From the NCBI GenBank assembly GCA_963674705.1, contig OY771506.1, forward strand, positions 4,832,001-4,896,000: a DNA stretch of 64,000 nucleotides, written 5' to 3'. Within the stretch, counting starts at the first letter, position 1; every line of letters starts with the position of its first letter. Below the pieces are notes generated by a model. The model worked only from the letters and a program-made list of their open reading frames with translations. It did not search any database and had not been told where the DNA came from. Made by a program: the position numbers and the translations under genes. Shown piece after piece: positions 40,427-49,965 of the stretch. The DNA comes from Phycisphaeraceae bacterium (GTDB lineage: Bacteria > Planctomycetota > Phycisphaerae > Phycisphaerales > Phycisphaeraceae).

Positions 40427-40942
40427 TCAGTCCCGTTGTCCGATGCCTGAATCGCGCCCGGCATGCCCGATGTCGCCATGGCAGTGCGTGCAATGCAGCA
40501 TCTCACCACCCTGCTCAACCGGCAGCATGTTGTGAACGTAATCGCTGTGGCAATACAGGCACGCCTGTTGGGTCACCTGCCGATTGCGCTGTTTGATCTG
40601 GATCGGTTCATGAAAGTCGCCGGTCGTAAACGCCAGCGAGTGGAAGAACCCATTGTCACCCTTGGTAAGCCACTTACCCATGAAGTCGTGCGGCAGGTGG
40701 CAATCGTTGCAGGTAGCCACATTGTGATGGCTGGATTTGACCCATGTGTCGTAGTGATCCTGCATCACGTGGCAGTTGGCGCACGACGCGGGGTCGTTGG
40801 TCAAGTAGGCCGCACCGTCACCATAACCAAAGGTAAACGCGCCGAGGCCGCCCATGATTCCCAACATCGCCGCGCAGAGAATAGATAAGACCATGAACGA
40901 TCTTGGCTGTTTGACAGGTTGCTGACTGTTTGCCTCAGACAT
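40427..40942 (-). CDS. nrfH: Tetraheme cytochrome c nitrite reductase small subunit
   Basis: N-terminal TM helix; YLTNDPASCANCHVM; four CxxCH motifs; upstream of nrfA. Confidence 0.93.
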   Translation of the reverse strand: MSEANSQQPVKQPRSFMVLSILCAAMLGIMGGLGAFTFGYGDGAAYLTNDPASCANCHVMQDHYDTWVKSSHHNVATCNDCHLPHDFMGKWLTKGDNGFFHSLAFTTGDFHEPIQIKQRNRQVTQQACLYCHSDYVHNMLPVEQGGEMLHCTHCHGDIGHAGRDSGIGQRD

Positions 40943-41394
40943 GAGAAGTTCCCGTGGGTAAACGCCTTGGAATGCAGGCACCCGCACCCATCATCACAAC
41001 CCGTGCGATACAAAGTGCTACCCCCCACGCGCTGACATTCAACCATCGGATCATGAAAGTTGCACCATCCCTGATCTTCACGGACATGTCCGCCGCCCGT
41101 CCTCCAAGTCAACTTCTCGTCGACTGAACAGCCGACCTTGAATGAGCACTAATACCTTTATCCAATCAAAAAGCAAAATGCAACAACGTTATCAAAATAT
41201 ATTTTGTCGCGTGTTGTGAATATCTATCAACACACCACAAACGCATCGCACAAGAAAAACACAAATCAAAATACAAAAAACAAAGCCAGGTCATAGCCCG
41301 AAGGGCTTTGGCCGGGATGAACACAATCAAAAGAAAAAACAAAATTTGTCTTTTAGTTCCCCCAAAAAACTTCAAACGAATTACCAGCAACCAT

Positions 41395-43017
41395 TCAATA
41401 CCGATACAACTTCACACGCTGCACCGTCCACTTTCCATCAAATAGATGCACGTGCCTGCCTTGATGCGTTTCATCGCCGTTCAAGTAACGTCCGCCGATC
41501 CATTCACCTTCCGTGTCGAAAAAACCTTCCTGCACCGAATCGAGTCCGATCCTTCCTTCGCTATTGGCCGGCTCAAACGTGACAACAACACCCATCCCGA
41601 CGATCACAAACGCCTCCGGCTTAATCTGAATAATCATCGCCGCGCCACGCGGCGCTGCGGGCGGCGCTTCCCAACGACCCGGACCGAACGTCGGCAATGA
41701 AGTTACTTCAACCTCCCCAACACCCGGCGGCCGATCAAACTTTGCTTCAAATACCACATCGCCTAACTCACCACGCTGCGGCCCATCCGCCACTTCCCAA
41801 TTAAAACCAACCTGCGGTGAAAGCCCGAGGATTTTTCCTTCCTGTTGCGCTTTGAGAATCATCGGCGACATGCCGGCCAGTGTGCCGTAGCAACTCGCCA
41901 GCAGTTTCGCTTTCTCATCATCAACATTCTCGATCGAGAACGGCCCGACGCCGATCGCGTTATGCGCCCCGATCGCATACACCACATTCCCCGAGGCCCG
42001 CATCGATGGCGCCATCTCCGGGATAAACAGCGGATTGTTGTTCCGCACGTACTTCTCGCACCATTCCATGAAGTTCGGGAAGTAGATGTCCGGGCAGATC
42101 ATGTCAAGTGTTGGCGCACCCGCTAACCAGACTTCCATGATGTGCGGCAGCGGCGCACCACTCGGCCGCTGATGCGGTCGATAGCCCGGACGTACTAACG
42201 CCGCGTTCGTAAACATCGGTAGTGCATACTCAGCCTTACCCGCCGCCGCGACCTTCTCGACATAATTCGCAAACTGCCAGGCGCTAAACACCTCATCCCC
42301 CTCCGGCTCACCGCCAAACACCTGCGCCCACGTCCCCGATTCCTTCGCCCCCGCCTGACGCCATATCTCCGTCACCTCCGGCCCAAGCTGACCATCCACC
42401 AACAGCTCCAACAACTGCGCAGGTACTTCATTTTCATACACAAATAGTGACTGCTTTGAATGATCGCGTGGCTCGGGGATCATGCCGATCTCATTCTCCA
42501 CCTGCGCCATGATGACCGTACACTGCTGCGCATCATAATCGTGCGTCCACCGCATCAACTGTGCAAATGCGCGTGCATCCGCCTTATTCGCTTCTTCACA
42601 TGCCGGGCTGATGATCTCTTCCATCTCACCGGAACTTTGACACACGCGCGTAAACCGCTGCGCATCGCGCTTCACCCAACTCGGCGCGTAACACGACATG
42701 CTGTTCTTCCACGTGCCGAACCACAGGTACACCAGCTTGATGTCGTTCTCTCTCGCCAAGTCGATCGCGCCCCGCACCAGCGTAAAATCAAACTCGCCCT
42801 CCCTGGGTTCGATCAAATCCCAATACACCGGCAGCATGATCATGTTCAAATGCATCTGCCTGCACTTGACCATCGCCGCTTCAAGCGACTTCAAATCAGA
42901 AGCCGTCGAATTACCAAGCTCCCCGCCCAGCCCAAGAAAAGGTTCACCGTGCACAAATAGTTGCGTAACGTCACCGACCTGCCGCAACTGTGAATGAACC
43001 TCTGATCCCACAACCAC
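41395..43017 (-). CDS. GH35-like beta-galactosidase with DUF5597 domain
   Basis: GGELGNS, YWDLIEPREGEFDF, WFGTWKNSMS, QVENE, PDIY, LFIPE, LNGDET. Confidence 0.88.
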   Translation of the reverse strand: MVVGSEVHSQLRQVGDVTQLFVHGEPFLGLGGELGNSTASDLKSLEAAMVKCRQMHLNMIMLPVYWDLIEPREGEFDFTLVRGAIDLARENDIKLVYLWFGTWKNSMSCYAPSWVKRDAQRFTRVCQSSGEMEEIISPACEEANKADARAFAQLMRWTHDYDAQQCTVIMAQVENEIGMIPEPRDHSKQSLFVYENEVPAQLLELLVDGQLGPEVTEIWRQAGAKESGTWAQVFGGEPEGDEVFSAWQFANYVEKVAAAGKAEYALPMFTNAALVRPGYRPHQRPSGAPLPHIMEVWLAGAPTLDMICPDIYFPNFMEWCEKYVRNNNPLFIPEMAPSMRASGNVVYAIGAHNAIGVGPFSIENVDDEKAKLLASCYGTLAGMSPMILKAQQEGKILGLSPQVGFNWEVADGPQRGELGDVVFEAKFDRPPGVGEVEVTSLPTFGPGRWEAPPAAPRGAAMIIQIKPEAFVIVGMGVVVTFEPANSEGRIGLDSVQEGFFDTEGEWIGGRYLNGDETHQGRHVHLFDGKWTVQRVKLYRY

Positions 43018-43136
43018 CTCCTGAGAATAGACCCAGCCCGTATTTTACCTCCAGCAATCCCCGAAGTAAAACGTTTTCCTTTGACCCTGATTTGTATATT
43101 CGCCCCCGCTGCTACCCCGCAGCAATGCCCGGGCAC

Positions 43137-44153
43137 TCACCCGCCGATTATCACCACCGCCAGTGACACCACGCTGATCGCAAACCACAACATCACCCCC
43201 TGCAGCAACGGCTTCCAGCCTGTATGGGCGAGCATGCGGCGCGACATCCCCGCACCGATCAGGAACAATGTCAGGGTCAATCCCGTCTTCGCCAAATCAA
43301 CCAGCGAGGGCGACCACTGCGTGACCTGGGGCGAAACGGTCCTGGCAACACTCGCCAACAGAAACAATCCAATGAACCACGGGATCGGCGCTTTGAGCCG
43401 CCGCGGCTTGTCACTCTCACAACAACGGTTTGCCACGCGCTGCTGACGCCAACCCAGTAGCAGACAGATGGGGATGATCCACAACGTTCTGCTGAGTTTG
43501 ATCGCTGCCGCCACTTCCAGCGCACGCTGGCCGTACACCTGCGCCGCGCCGACGACACTGCTGACATCATGGATCGCTACACCCGCCCACACGCCGAACT
43601 GCTCCTGCGATAGACCGATCGCGTGACCGATGATCGGAAAGATCAGTAGCGCTACAGCGTTCAGGATGAAGACCGCCCCCATCGATACCGTGATCGCTTC
43701 AGGCCTCGCCTCGATCACCCCGCTGACCGCCGCGATTGCGCTACCGCCGCAGATCGCTGTGCCGCTTCCGATGAGCTTGGATACCGCAGAATCCACGCCC
43801 AGCTTTCGGCCGGTCCACGCAGCCAGCGCCAGTGTCAGCAAGATCGTGAACGCAGCGAAGCCCGCGCCTCTCGCGCCCGCCTGCAACACCGCCGGCAGGT
43901 TCATCCCAAATCCGAGCAACACCACCGATCCCCGCAATAGCGGGTTCACCCAAGGCTTGACCCCCTCGGTAAACGGATTGCCCAGCGTCAACGCCAGCGC
44001 GACGCCTAATCCCAACGCGATCGGCGGAGATGCCCAAGACGTCAGGCAAAACAAGGCAAACAAGGTAAATAAAAAGGCCGCAACCTTACCCCGGGCAGGC
44101 ATGGGCGGGTCGTCATCCGGGGCTAAATTCGTCGTGTTTTGCGTGTTATTCAT
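43137..44153 (-). CDS. YeiH-family putative sulfate exporter membrane protein
   Basis: GTAICGGSAIAA, FGVWAGVAIHDVSSVVGAA, KLSRTLWI. Confidence 0.9.
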   Translation of the reverse strand: MNNTQNTTNLAPDDDPPMPARGKVAAFLFTLFALFCLTSWASPPIALGLGVALALTLGNPFTEGVKPWVNPLLRGSVVLLGFGMNLPAVLQAGARGAGFAAFTILLTLALAAWTGRKLGVDSAVSKLIGSGTAICGGSAIAAVSGVIEARPEAITVSMGAVFILNAVALLIFPIIGHAIGLSQEQFGVWAGVAIHDVSSVVGAAQVYGQRALEVAAAIKLSRTLWIIPICLLLGWRQQRVANRCCESDKPRRLKAPIPWFIGLFLLASVARTVSPQVTQWSPSLVDLAKTGLTLTLFLIGAGMSRRMLAHTGWKPLLQGVMLWFAISVVSLAVVIIGG

Positions 44154-44227
44154 GCTGGAAGTCTACAACCCGAGATATATCAATCAAATAGATGGATTTA
44201 ATAGAATCCATAAGTTATATTTATGGC

Positions 44228-45121
44228 ATGAATCCTATCCATCTGGCGGCGTTTCGGGCGGTCGTGGAATCCGGGGGGTTTGTGCGCGCCGCCGAGTTAT
44301 TGCACATCAGCCAGCCCGCCGTCTCCTCACACGTCGCGGCCCTGGAACTGGACCTGGGCGTCAAGCTCATCAACCGCCTGCCCACCGGCGGCGTGCCCAC
44401 CGAAGCAGGACGATTGCTGCTGACCTACGCCAAGCGCTTTGAAGCGATCGAGGCAGAAGCACGCGCCGCGCTTGTAGACCTGGCCTCACACCGGCGCGGT
44501 CGACTCACCGTCGGCGCCAGCACAACCGTCGGCGTGTACCTGCTGCCGCTTCTGCTCGGGCGCTTCCACGAAACGTACCCCGACATCGAATTGACCACCG
44601 TCATCGACAACACCGAGCACGTCTGCACACAACTGATCGACGGCGTCATCGACCTTGGCATGACCGAAGGCGAACCCATCGAACCATCCATGCCGCTGAA
44701 TTCTTCCGTCGTTCATGAGGATGAACTGGTTCTGATCGCGCCGCCTAAACATCCACTTGTATCGAAGAAGCGGGTGACCGCGAAGATGCTCGCCGGTGAA
44801 GGTTTCATCGAACGTGAACCCGGCAGCGGCACACGAGCCGTCGTCGAACATGCGTTCGCCGATGCGGGCGTCAATCGCCGGATCGAACTGGTGCTTGGCC
44901 ATACCGAGGCGATCAAGCGAAGCGTTGCTGCGGGCCTTGGTGTCGCAGTCGTCTCCAATCTTACCGTCCGCAACGAAGCCGACGCCGGCACGCTCGCCGT
45001 AATCCGCCCGGTCGGCCTGCGCCTGAAGCGCCCACTGTGGCTGCTGACCCGCCGGGGTTACTCACCATCACCGGCCGCCGCCGCGTTTGTACGCATGCTG
45101 AAAAACATCAAGCACAAATAA
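44228..45121 (+). CDS. LysR-family regulator (YeiE/CysL-like), divergent from yeiH
   Basis: AAELLHISQPAVS HTH; GASTT; REPGSGTR; EAIKRSV. Confidence 0.93.
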   Translation: MNPIHLAAFRAVVESGGFVRAAELLHISQPAVSSHVAALELDLGVKLINRLPTGGVPTEAGRLLLTYAKRFEAIEAEARAALVDLASHRRGRLTVGASTTVGVYLLPLLLGRFHETYPDIELTTVIDNTEHVCTQLIDGVIDLGMTEGEPIEPSMPLNSSVVHEDELVLIAPPKHPLVSKKRVTAKMLAGEGFIEREPGSGTRAVVEHAFADAGVNRRIELVLGHTEAIKRSVAAGLGVAVVSNLTVRNEADAGTLAVIRPVGLRLKRPLWLLTRRGYSPSPAAAAFVRMLKNIKHK

Positions 45122-45137
45122 ACCGCTGAGCGGCGAT

Positions 45138-45343
45138 CGCCCCGAAGGGGCGCCGGGTTGTAGCCACGGGTGAAGCGCAGCGCAACCCGTGGAAGTGTGA
45201 TGCATCTTTCACACTCACCCCGGCGGGGTGAAGGGTTTGTTTGCGCCGCCCCTGCCGGGGCGGGTTAGTAAAAATGGACCACTCGATGTCCACGGGTTGC
45301 GCTGCGCTCCACCCGTGGCTACATGCCGCAACCCCTTCGGGGT
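45138..45343. repeat. REPIN/MITE-like palindromic element
   Basis: Inverted arms at 45159-45193 and 45289-45323 (TGTAGCCACGGGTG..GCGCAGCGCAACCCGTGGA); terminal CCCCGAAGGGG/CCCCTTCGGGG hairpins. Confidence 0.85.
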
Positions 45344-45490
45344 ATGCCTGCTTCCTGACGGCTAATCAGAACTCTGACATTCCAACCAATACCACAGATC
45401 TTGGTGACAACTGATACACGGCGATCTACGATCGCCCGCTAAATAGGAGAAGCGTCTTATTATTTGTTAACAACGAAGCGTGCTTGTTTA

Positions 45491-46978
45491 TCAACTGTAT
45501 GACGAATCCTCACGCACCTCGGCCGTGTAGTTCGGGCTTTCCTTGGTGATGCTGATGTCGTGCGGATGCGACTCGACCAGCGAAGCGCCACTGACGCGCA
45601 CGAACCTTGCTTCTGTCTTCAGTGCTTCGATCGTCTGTGTACCGCAGTAGCCCATCCCGGCCTTCAACCCGCCGACCATCTGGTACACGAAGTCGGACAG
45701 CGGCCCGCGGTACGGCACGCGGCCTTCCACGCCCTCGGGCACCATCTTGTCACGCTCCAAACCCTTCTGGCTATAACGGTCGGCCGAACCCTTCATCATC
45801 GCGCCTTGCGAACCCATCCCGCGATACGTCTTGTACCGCCTGCCTTGATGGATCACCATCTCGCCGGGCGATTCATCAAGACCGGCAAACAGCGAACCAA
45901 GCATCACGCACGACGCACCGGCGGCGATGGCCTTGGTGATGTCGCCCGAATGACGGATACCGCCGTCCGCGATGACCGGCACACCCGCGCCGTCCGCCGC
46001 TCGGCAGCCGTTCGCGATCGCTGTGAGCTGCGGCACACCCACACCCGTCACGACGCGCGTCGTGCAGATCGAGCCTGGCCCGATGCCGACTTTCACCGCA
46101 TCCGCGCCGGCTTCGATCAGGTCCTGCGCCCCGTGTTGCGTTGCGACGTTGCCGGCAACAACATCGATCGAATACCGTGACTTGATCGCCTTGACCGTCT
46201 CGATCACGTTCGAGCTGTGCCCGTGCGCCGAGTCGACCACCAGCACATCGACCTCTGCTTTAATCAGTTCATCCACGCGGTCGAGTTGATGCACGCCGAC
46301 CGCTGCCCCCACACGCAACCGGCCACGCTCATCACGACACGCCAGCGGGAACTGGCTCAGCTTCTCGATGTCGCGCATCGTGATCAGGCCCGTCAGCCGC
46401 ATATTGTCATCAACCAGCAGCAGCTTCTCGACCTTGTTCTTATTGAGGATCGCGTGTGCCTGCTCCAGCGTCGTGTCCGGCTTACCCGTCACCAGCGGAT
46501 CGGCCGTCATCACTTCGCTGATCGGCCTGTCGTCTTCCGAGAGGAACATCATGTCCCGGCGGGTGATGATCCCGACGACGCGCCCGGTCGTTTTGCCGTT
46601 GTCTGTGATGGGCACGCCGGAGATATTCTGCTCAGCCATGAGTTGCCGGGCCTTGCTCGAAGGTGCATCCGGCGGCAGGGTGACGGGGTCGGTGATCACG
46701 CCGTTGGCCGAGCGTTTGACTTTCGTCACCTCGCGGACCTGCTGGTCGATCGACAGGTTCTTGTGGATAAAGCCCAGCCCGCCTTCCTGCGCCAGCGCGA
46801 TCGCCAGCGCGGACTCGGTGACCGTATCCATCGGCGCCGACAGTAGCGGGATATTCAGCCGGACGTTCGCGGTGAGTTGTGTTGAGGTATCCGCCAAGGC
46901 GGGCACGACATCGCTGCGTGCGGGGGTAAGCAGGACGTCGTCGAACGTGATGCCATCGCAGAGAATTTTGTCTTCCAT
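45491..46978 (-). CDS. guaB: Inosine-5'-monophosphate dehydrogenase
   Basis: [19 protein letters not shown] pair, [30 protein letters not shown]. Confidence 0.98.
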   Translation of the reverse strand: MEDKILCDGITFDDVLLTPARSDVVPALADTSTQLTANVRLNIPLLSAPMDTVTESALAIALAQEGGLGFIHKNLSIDQQVREVTKVKRSANGVITDPVTLPPDAPSSKARQLMAEQNISGVPITDNGKTTGRVVGIITRRDMMFLSEDDRPISEVMTADPLVTGKPDTTLEQAHAILNKNKVEKLLLVDDNMRLTGLITMRDIEKLSQFPLACRDERGRLRVGAAVGVHQLDRVDELIKAEVDVLVVDSAHGHSSNVIETVKAIKSRYSIDVVAGNVATQHGAQDLIEAGADAVKVGIGPGSICTTRVVTGVGVPQLTAIANGCRAADGAGVPVIADGGIRHSGDITKAIAAGASCVMLGSLFAGLDESPGEMVIHQGRRYKTYRGMGSQGAMMKGSADRYSQKGLERDKMVPEGVEGRVPYRGPLSDFVYQMVGGLKAGMGYCGTQTIEALKTEARFVRVSGASLVESHPHDISITKESPNYTAEVREDSSYS

Positions 46979-47029
46979 GTATCACAGATACCGCCGTAAG
47001 CGCCTGTCGTCAAGCCGGGGGGGGGGGAG

Positions 47030-47137
47030 AAAAGCAGGAAACCCAGAAAAGCAGAAAATAAGAAAAGCCGTTAGCCGTAGCCGTTAGCACAAATCATAAA
47101 TCACAAATCCTAAATCATAAATACAATTCCCCCACCC
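47030..47137. repeat. Composite intergenic repeat, inverted copy
   Basis: Reverse complement of 47066-47137 matches ~57684-57766 (GGGTG..GGAA..GTATTTATGATTTAGGATT..TGATTT..GATTTGTGCTAA.GGCTA..); preceded by GAAAAGCA-like octamers. Confidence 0.8.
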
Positions 47138-47148
47138 GATATCCGAAA

Positions 47149-47179
47149 TAAAAACCGGCCGTCCATGAAGGACGGCCGG
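47149..47179 (-). terminator. Rho-independent terminator of the pilin-like gene
   Basis: CCGGCCGTCC-ttcat-GGACGGCCGG followed by TTTTT on the minus strand. Confidence 0.8.
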
Positions 47180-47231
47180 CGTCAGATTTTTTACTTTTCA
47201 GCCCCGAACAAGCGGGCCGAAGGCTTTGAAC

Positions 47232-48071
47232 TTAGTCGCTGGCAACGTCGGCGTCATCATAGCCCCACGACTCGTAGCCCAGCAGAGCGTTGGACGATTC
47301 ATCCCAAGTCACCGTGGTGTCGCTGACGAGGTCCGCTTCTGGATCACTAGTATCTTGCTCCATGCTGAAGAGGCGGTCGCCTTCGATGTTGGAGAAGGAA
47401 CCGTACTTGGTGTCCTGAAGGTCTGACTGCTCGAAGGAGGCGCTGCCGTCGCCGCGACCGACGCTGCCTGCCCAATCGGCGTCATCTTCCGAGGTGTGGA
47501 TGCTGTAGAGGTCTTCGTAGTTGCCGATATCACCACGGGCACGGTCGGTGACGAGCACGGCCTGGGTGTTGATCGACTGCTTCCATTCACGGGCACGGCC
47601 GGATTCACTCGGACGGATCTTGGAAGTTGCACTGAAGGTGCCCGTACCATCGTGGATGTTCAGCATCGCGTAGGAATAGTTCTGGGTCGTCACGTCATCG
47701 GTGGTCCAGGCGGTCTTGGTCTCAGCCGGGCTGATGACGTAGTCGCCACTGAAGTTGTTGTTGTCCAGCATGATCCAGAAACGGGCTTCAACGGTGCCGC
47801 CTTGGCCGGATGCACCGGTCTTGGAGGTGTTGACGTTGCCGTCGTCGTAAATGATGTAACCCTTGCTGTCGGTACCGGGCATACGCTCCTTGTTACCGCC
47901 GGCGTAGGTGACCATGCCCTGGCAGATGCCGCGGACCTGGGTGGTGTTCTTCATCTGGCGAGCCGCACGGCGAGCTGCACCCAGCGCGGGCAGCAGGATG
48001 CCGATCAGCAGCGCGATGATCGAGATGACCACGAGCAGCTCGATCAGGGTAAAACCTTTGGATCGTTTCAT
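47232..48071 (-). CDS. Prepilin-type N-terminal cleavage/methylation protein (stand-alone)
   Basis: [35 protein letters not shown]. Confidence 0.92.
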   Translation of the reverse strand: MKRSKGFTLIELLVVISIIALLIGILLPALGAARRAARQMKNTTQVRGICQGMVTYAGGNKERMPGTDSKGYIIYDDGNVNTSKTGASGQGGTVEARFWIMLDNNNFSGDYVISPAETKTAWTTDDVTTQNYSYAMLNIHDGTGTFSATSKIRPSESGRAREWKQSINTQAVLVTDRARGDIGNYEDLYSIHTSEDDADWAGSVGRGDGSASFEQSDLQDTKYGSFSNIEGDRLFSMEQDTSDPEADLVSDTTVTWDESSNALLGYESWGYDDADVASD

Positions 48072-48525
48072 TTCATTCGCTCCTAACTAATTGTGTTGTG
48101 ATGGAATCACACACGAAACCATGGATGAACGCTATCGGCTTCGAGTTTGATCCTGAGTGCGGGGGGCCATTTTGATCCGCGTTCGATGAACACCGTACGC
48201 GACATAATGGACAGAGATAATGGCGTATTTGCCCGGCCCGTTTCTCAGCTCTCTCTTAAACCGTCACGTTCGCTCGGGGTGAACCGTTCACCCCTTACAA
48301 ATCGTAATCATACCATTTTCAAACACGGGGGAAGATTTGCGAATCATTAAAAATCCTCCCAGTGCACGTAATATTGTAGCATAATCGCCTGCCATCCGTC
48401 CATGAAACAGATAAACAACGCTTAAATACATGTAATCCCTTTATTATAAAGCCCTTATAGTTTCATGTGAATCTGGGGTACGCCGGCAACCGCCCCCAGA
48501 ACCACCACCTCGCTATCATGAACCC

Positions 48526-49551
48526 ATGACCGAACTTGGCCGTAAAGATAAGCCATGCCACCCGATCGGACGCCCACGCCGGCTGAGGCGGTCGGCAGTG
48601 CTGCGCGATGCCCTGGCGGATACCCACATCCCCCCCGCCGCCCTGATCTACCCGCTGTTCGTCAGCGAGTTGGATGAACCCAAGTGCGTCGCATCGATGC
48701 CGGGCATCAGCCAGTTGCCTGTGCACCTCGCGGTGCAAACCATCAAGCAGCTATCAAGCGATGGCTTGCGACAGTTCATCCTCTTCGGCGTTACACCAGG
48801 TGAAAAGAAAGACGCGACAGGCAGCTACGCCGCGCATCCCGATGCGCCGGTGAACCGTGTTTTAAAAACCGTGCGCGATGCGGGACTCGATGTCGTGATG
48901 CACGCGGACCTGTGCTTCTGCGAATACACAACACACGGCCACTGTGGCGTACTCTGCGATGATGCGCAATCCAACAAACGCAATTCACCCATCGTCGATA
49001 ACGATGCAACGCTTAAGAATCTCGGTAAGACCGCGGTCGCACAAGCGCAGGCCGGCGCCGATGTCGTCGCGCCGTCGTGCATGATGGACGGCATGGTTTG
49101 CGCAATACGCAACGCACTCGACGAAGCGAACCACACGCAAACCGCTATCCTAAGTTACGCCATCAAGTACGCATCCAACTTCTACGGCCCGTTCCGCGAT
49201 GCCGGCGAAGGCGGCATGACCTTCGGCGACCGCAAGGGTTATCAGATGGACTATCGCCGAAGTCGGGAATGGCGCACCGAACTGCAAGCCGACCTGGATG
49301 AAGGCGCGGACATGGTGATGGTCAAGCCGGCTGCGACATATCTGGACATCATCAAGAGCGTGCGCGAAGCGTGTGATGTGCCCGTGGCCGCGTACCACGT
49401 CAGCGGTGAATACGCCATGCTCCACGCCGCAGCGGACAAGGGTTTGATCGACCTGAAAGAAGCAGCGCTCGAAACCACCTACGCGATCCGTCGCGCCGGC
49501 GCCGACCTGATCGTCACCTACTTCGCCCCGCAGTTACTAAAGTGGCTCTAG
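48526..49551 (+). CDS. hemB: Porphobilinogen synthase
   Basis: RPRRLR, DLCFCEYTTHGHCG, APSCMMDG, FYGPFRDA, YQMD, GADMVMVKPA, YHVSGEY. Confidence 0.97.
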   Translation: MTELGRKDKPCHPIGRPRRLRRSAVLRDALADTHIPPAALIYPLFVSELDEPKCVASMPGISQLPVHLAVQTIKQLSSDGLRQFILFGVTPGEKKDATGSYAAHPDAPVNRVLKTVRDAGLDVVMHADLCFCEYTTHGHCGVLCDDAQSNKRNSPIVDNDATLKNLGKTAVAQAQAGADVVAPSCMMDGMVCAIRNALDEANHTQTAILSYAIKYASNFYGPFRDAGEGGMTFGDRKGYQMDYRRSREWRTELQADLDEGADMVMVKPAATYLDIIKSVREACDVPVAAYHVSGEYAMLHAAADKGLIDLKEAALETTYAIRRAGADLIVTYFAPQLLKWL

Positions 49552-49562
49552 CCGCTTGCGGC

Positions 49563-49910
49563 TTAGCGTTCTTTCTCCGCTGTTTCTTCCCCCTCCCATG
49601 TTTCTTCCATCTGCATCTGATCGAGTTCTTTGTGCCGACGCTCCGCGTGCCGGATCACCTCGGCCTCATCGATACCGAGTTCCTCGAAAGACTTGTCGAA
49701 CCCGATCGCCTTACCACAATCCGGGCAACGCGGCACCACGAGGTTAGTCAGGTTGTACCCACAATGATCGCACAGCCGTGGCGTATCCATGCGGTCTTTG
49801 ATAAGCACCCGGCTGCGACGACTCTTCACCAATGACACCAGCATCAGTATCACCAGGAACAAACCGATCGCAATCGTCGCAATGGTGTACGGATCTGATA
49901 AATGGTTCAA
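49563..49910 (-). CDS. Small membrane-anchored Zn-ribbon protein
   Basis: TM helix, then CDHCGYNL...RCPDCG. Confidence 0.75.
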   Translation of the reverse strand: MNHLSDPYTIATIAIGLFLVILMLVSLVKSRRSRVLIKDRMDTPRLCDHCGYNLTNLVVPRCPDCGKAIGFDKSFEELGIDEAEVIRHAERRHKELDQMQMEETWEGEETAEKER

Positions 49911-49965
49911 GGGTACACCCGTTTCACTTCATTCGCGTCTATTTGCGTTCATTCGCGGTTAAACA

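Noticed and set aside
41210..41232. FNR box upstream of nrfH
   Set aside because: Only the ATCAA half matches TTGAT-N4-ATCAA, which is insufficient in AT-rich DNA.
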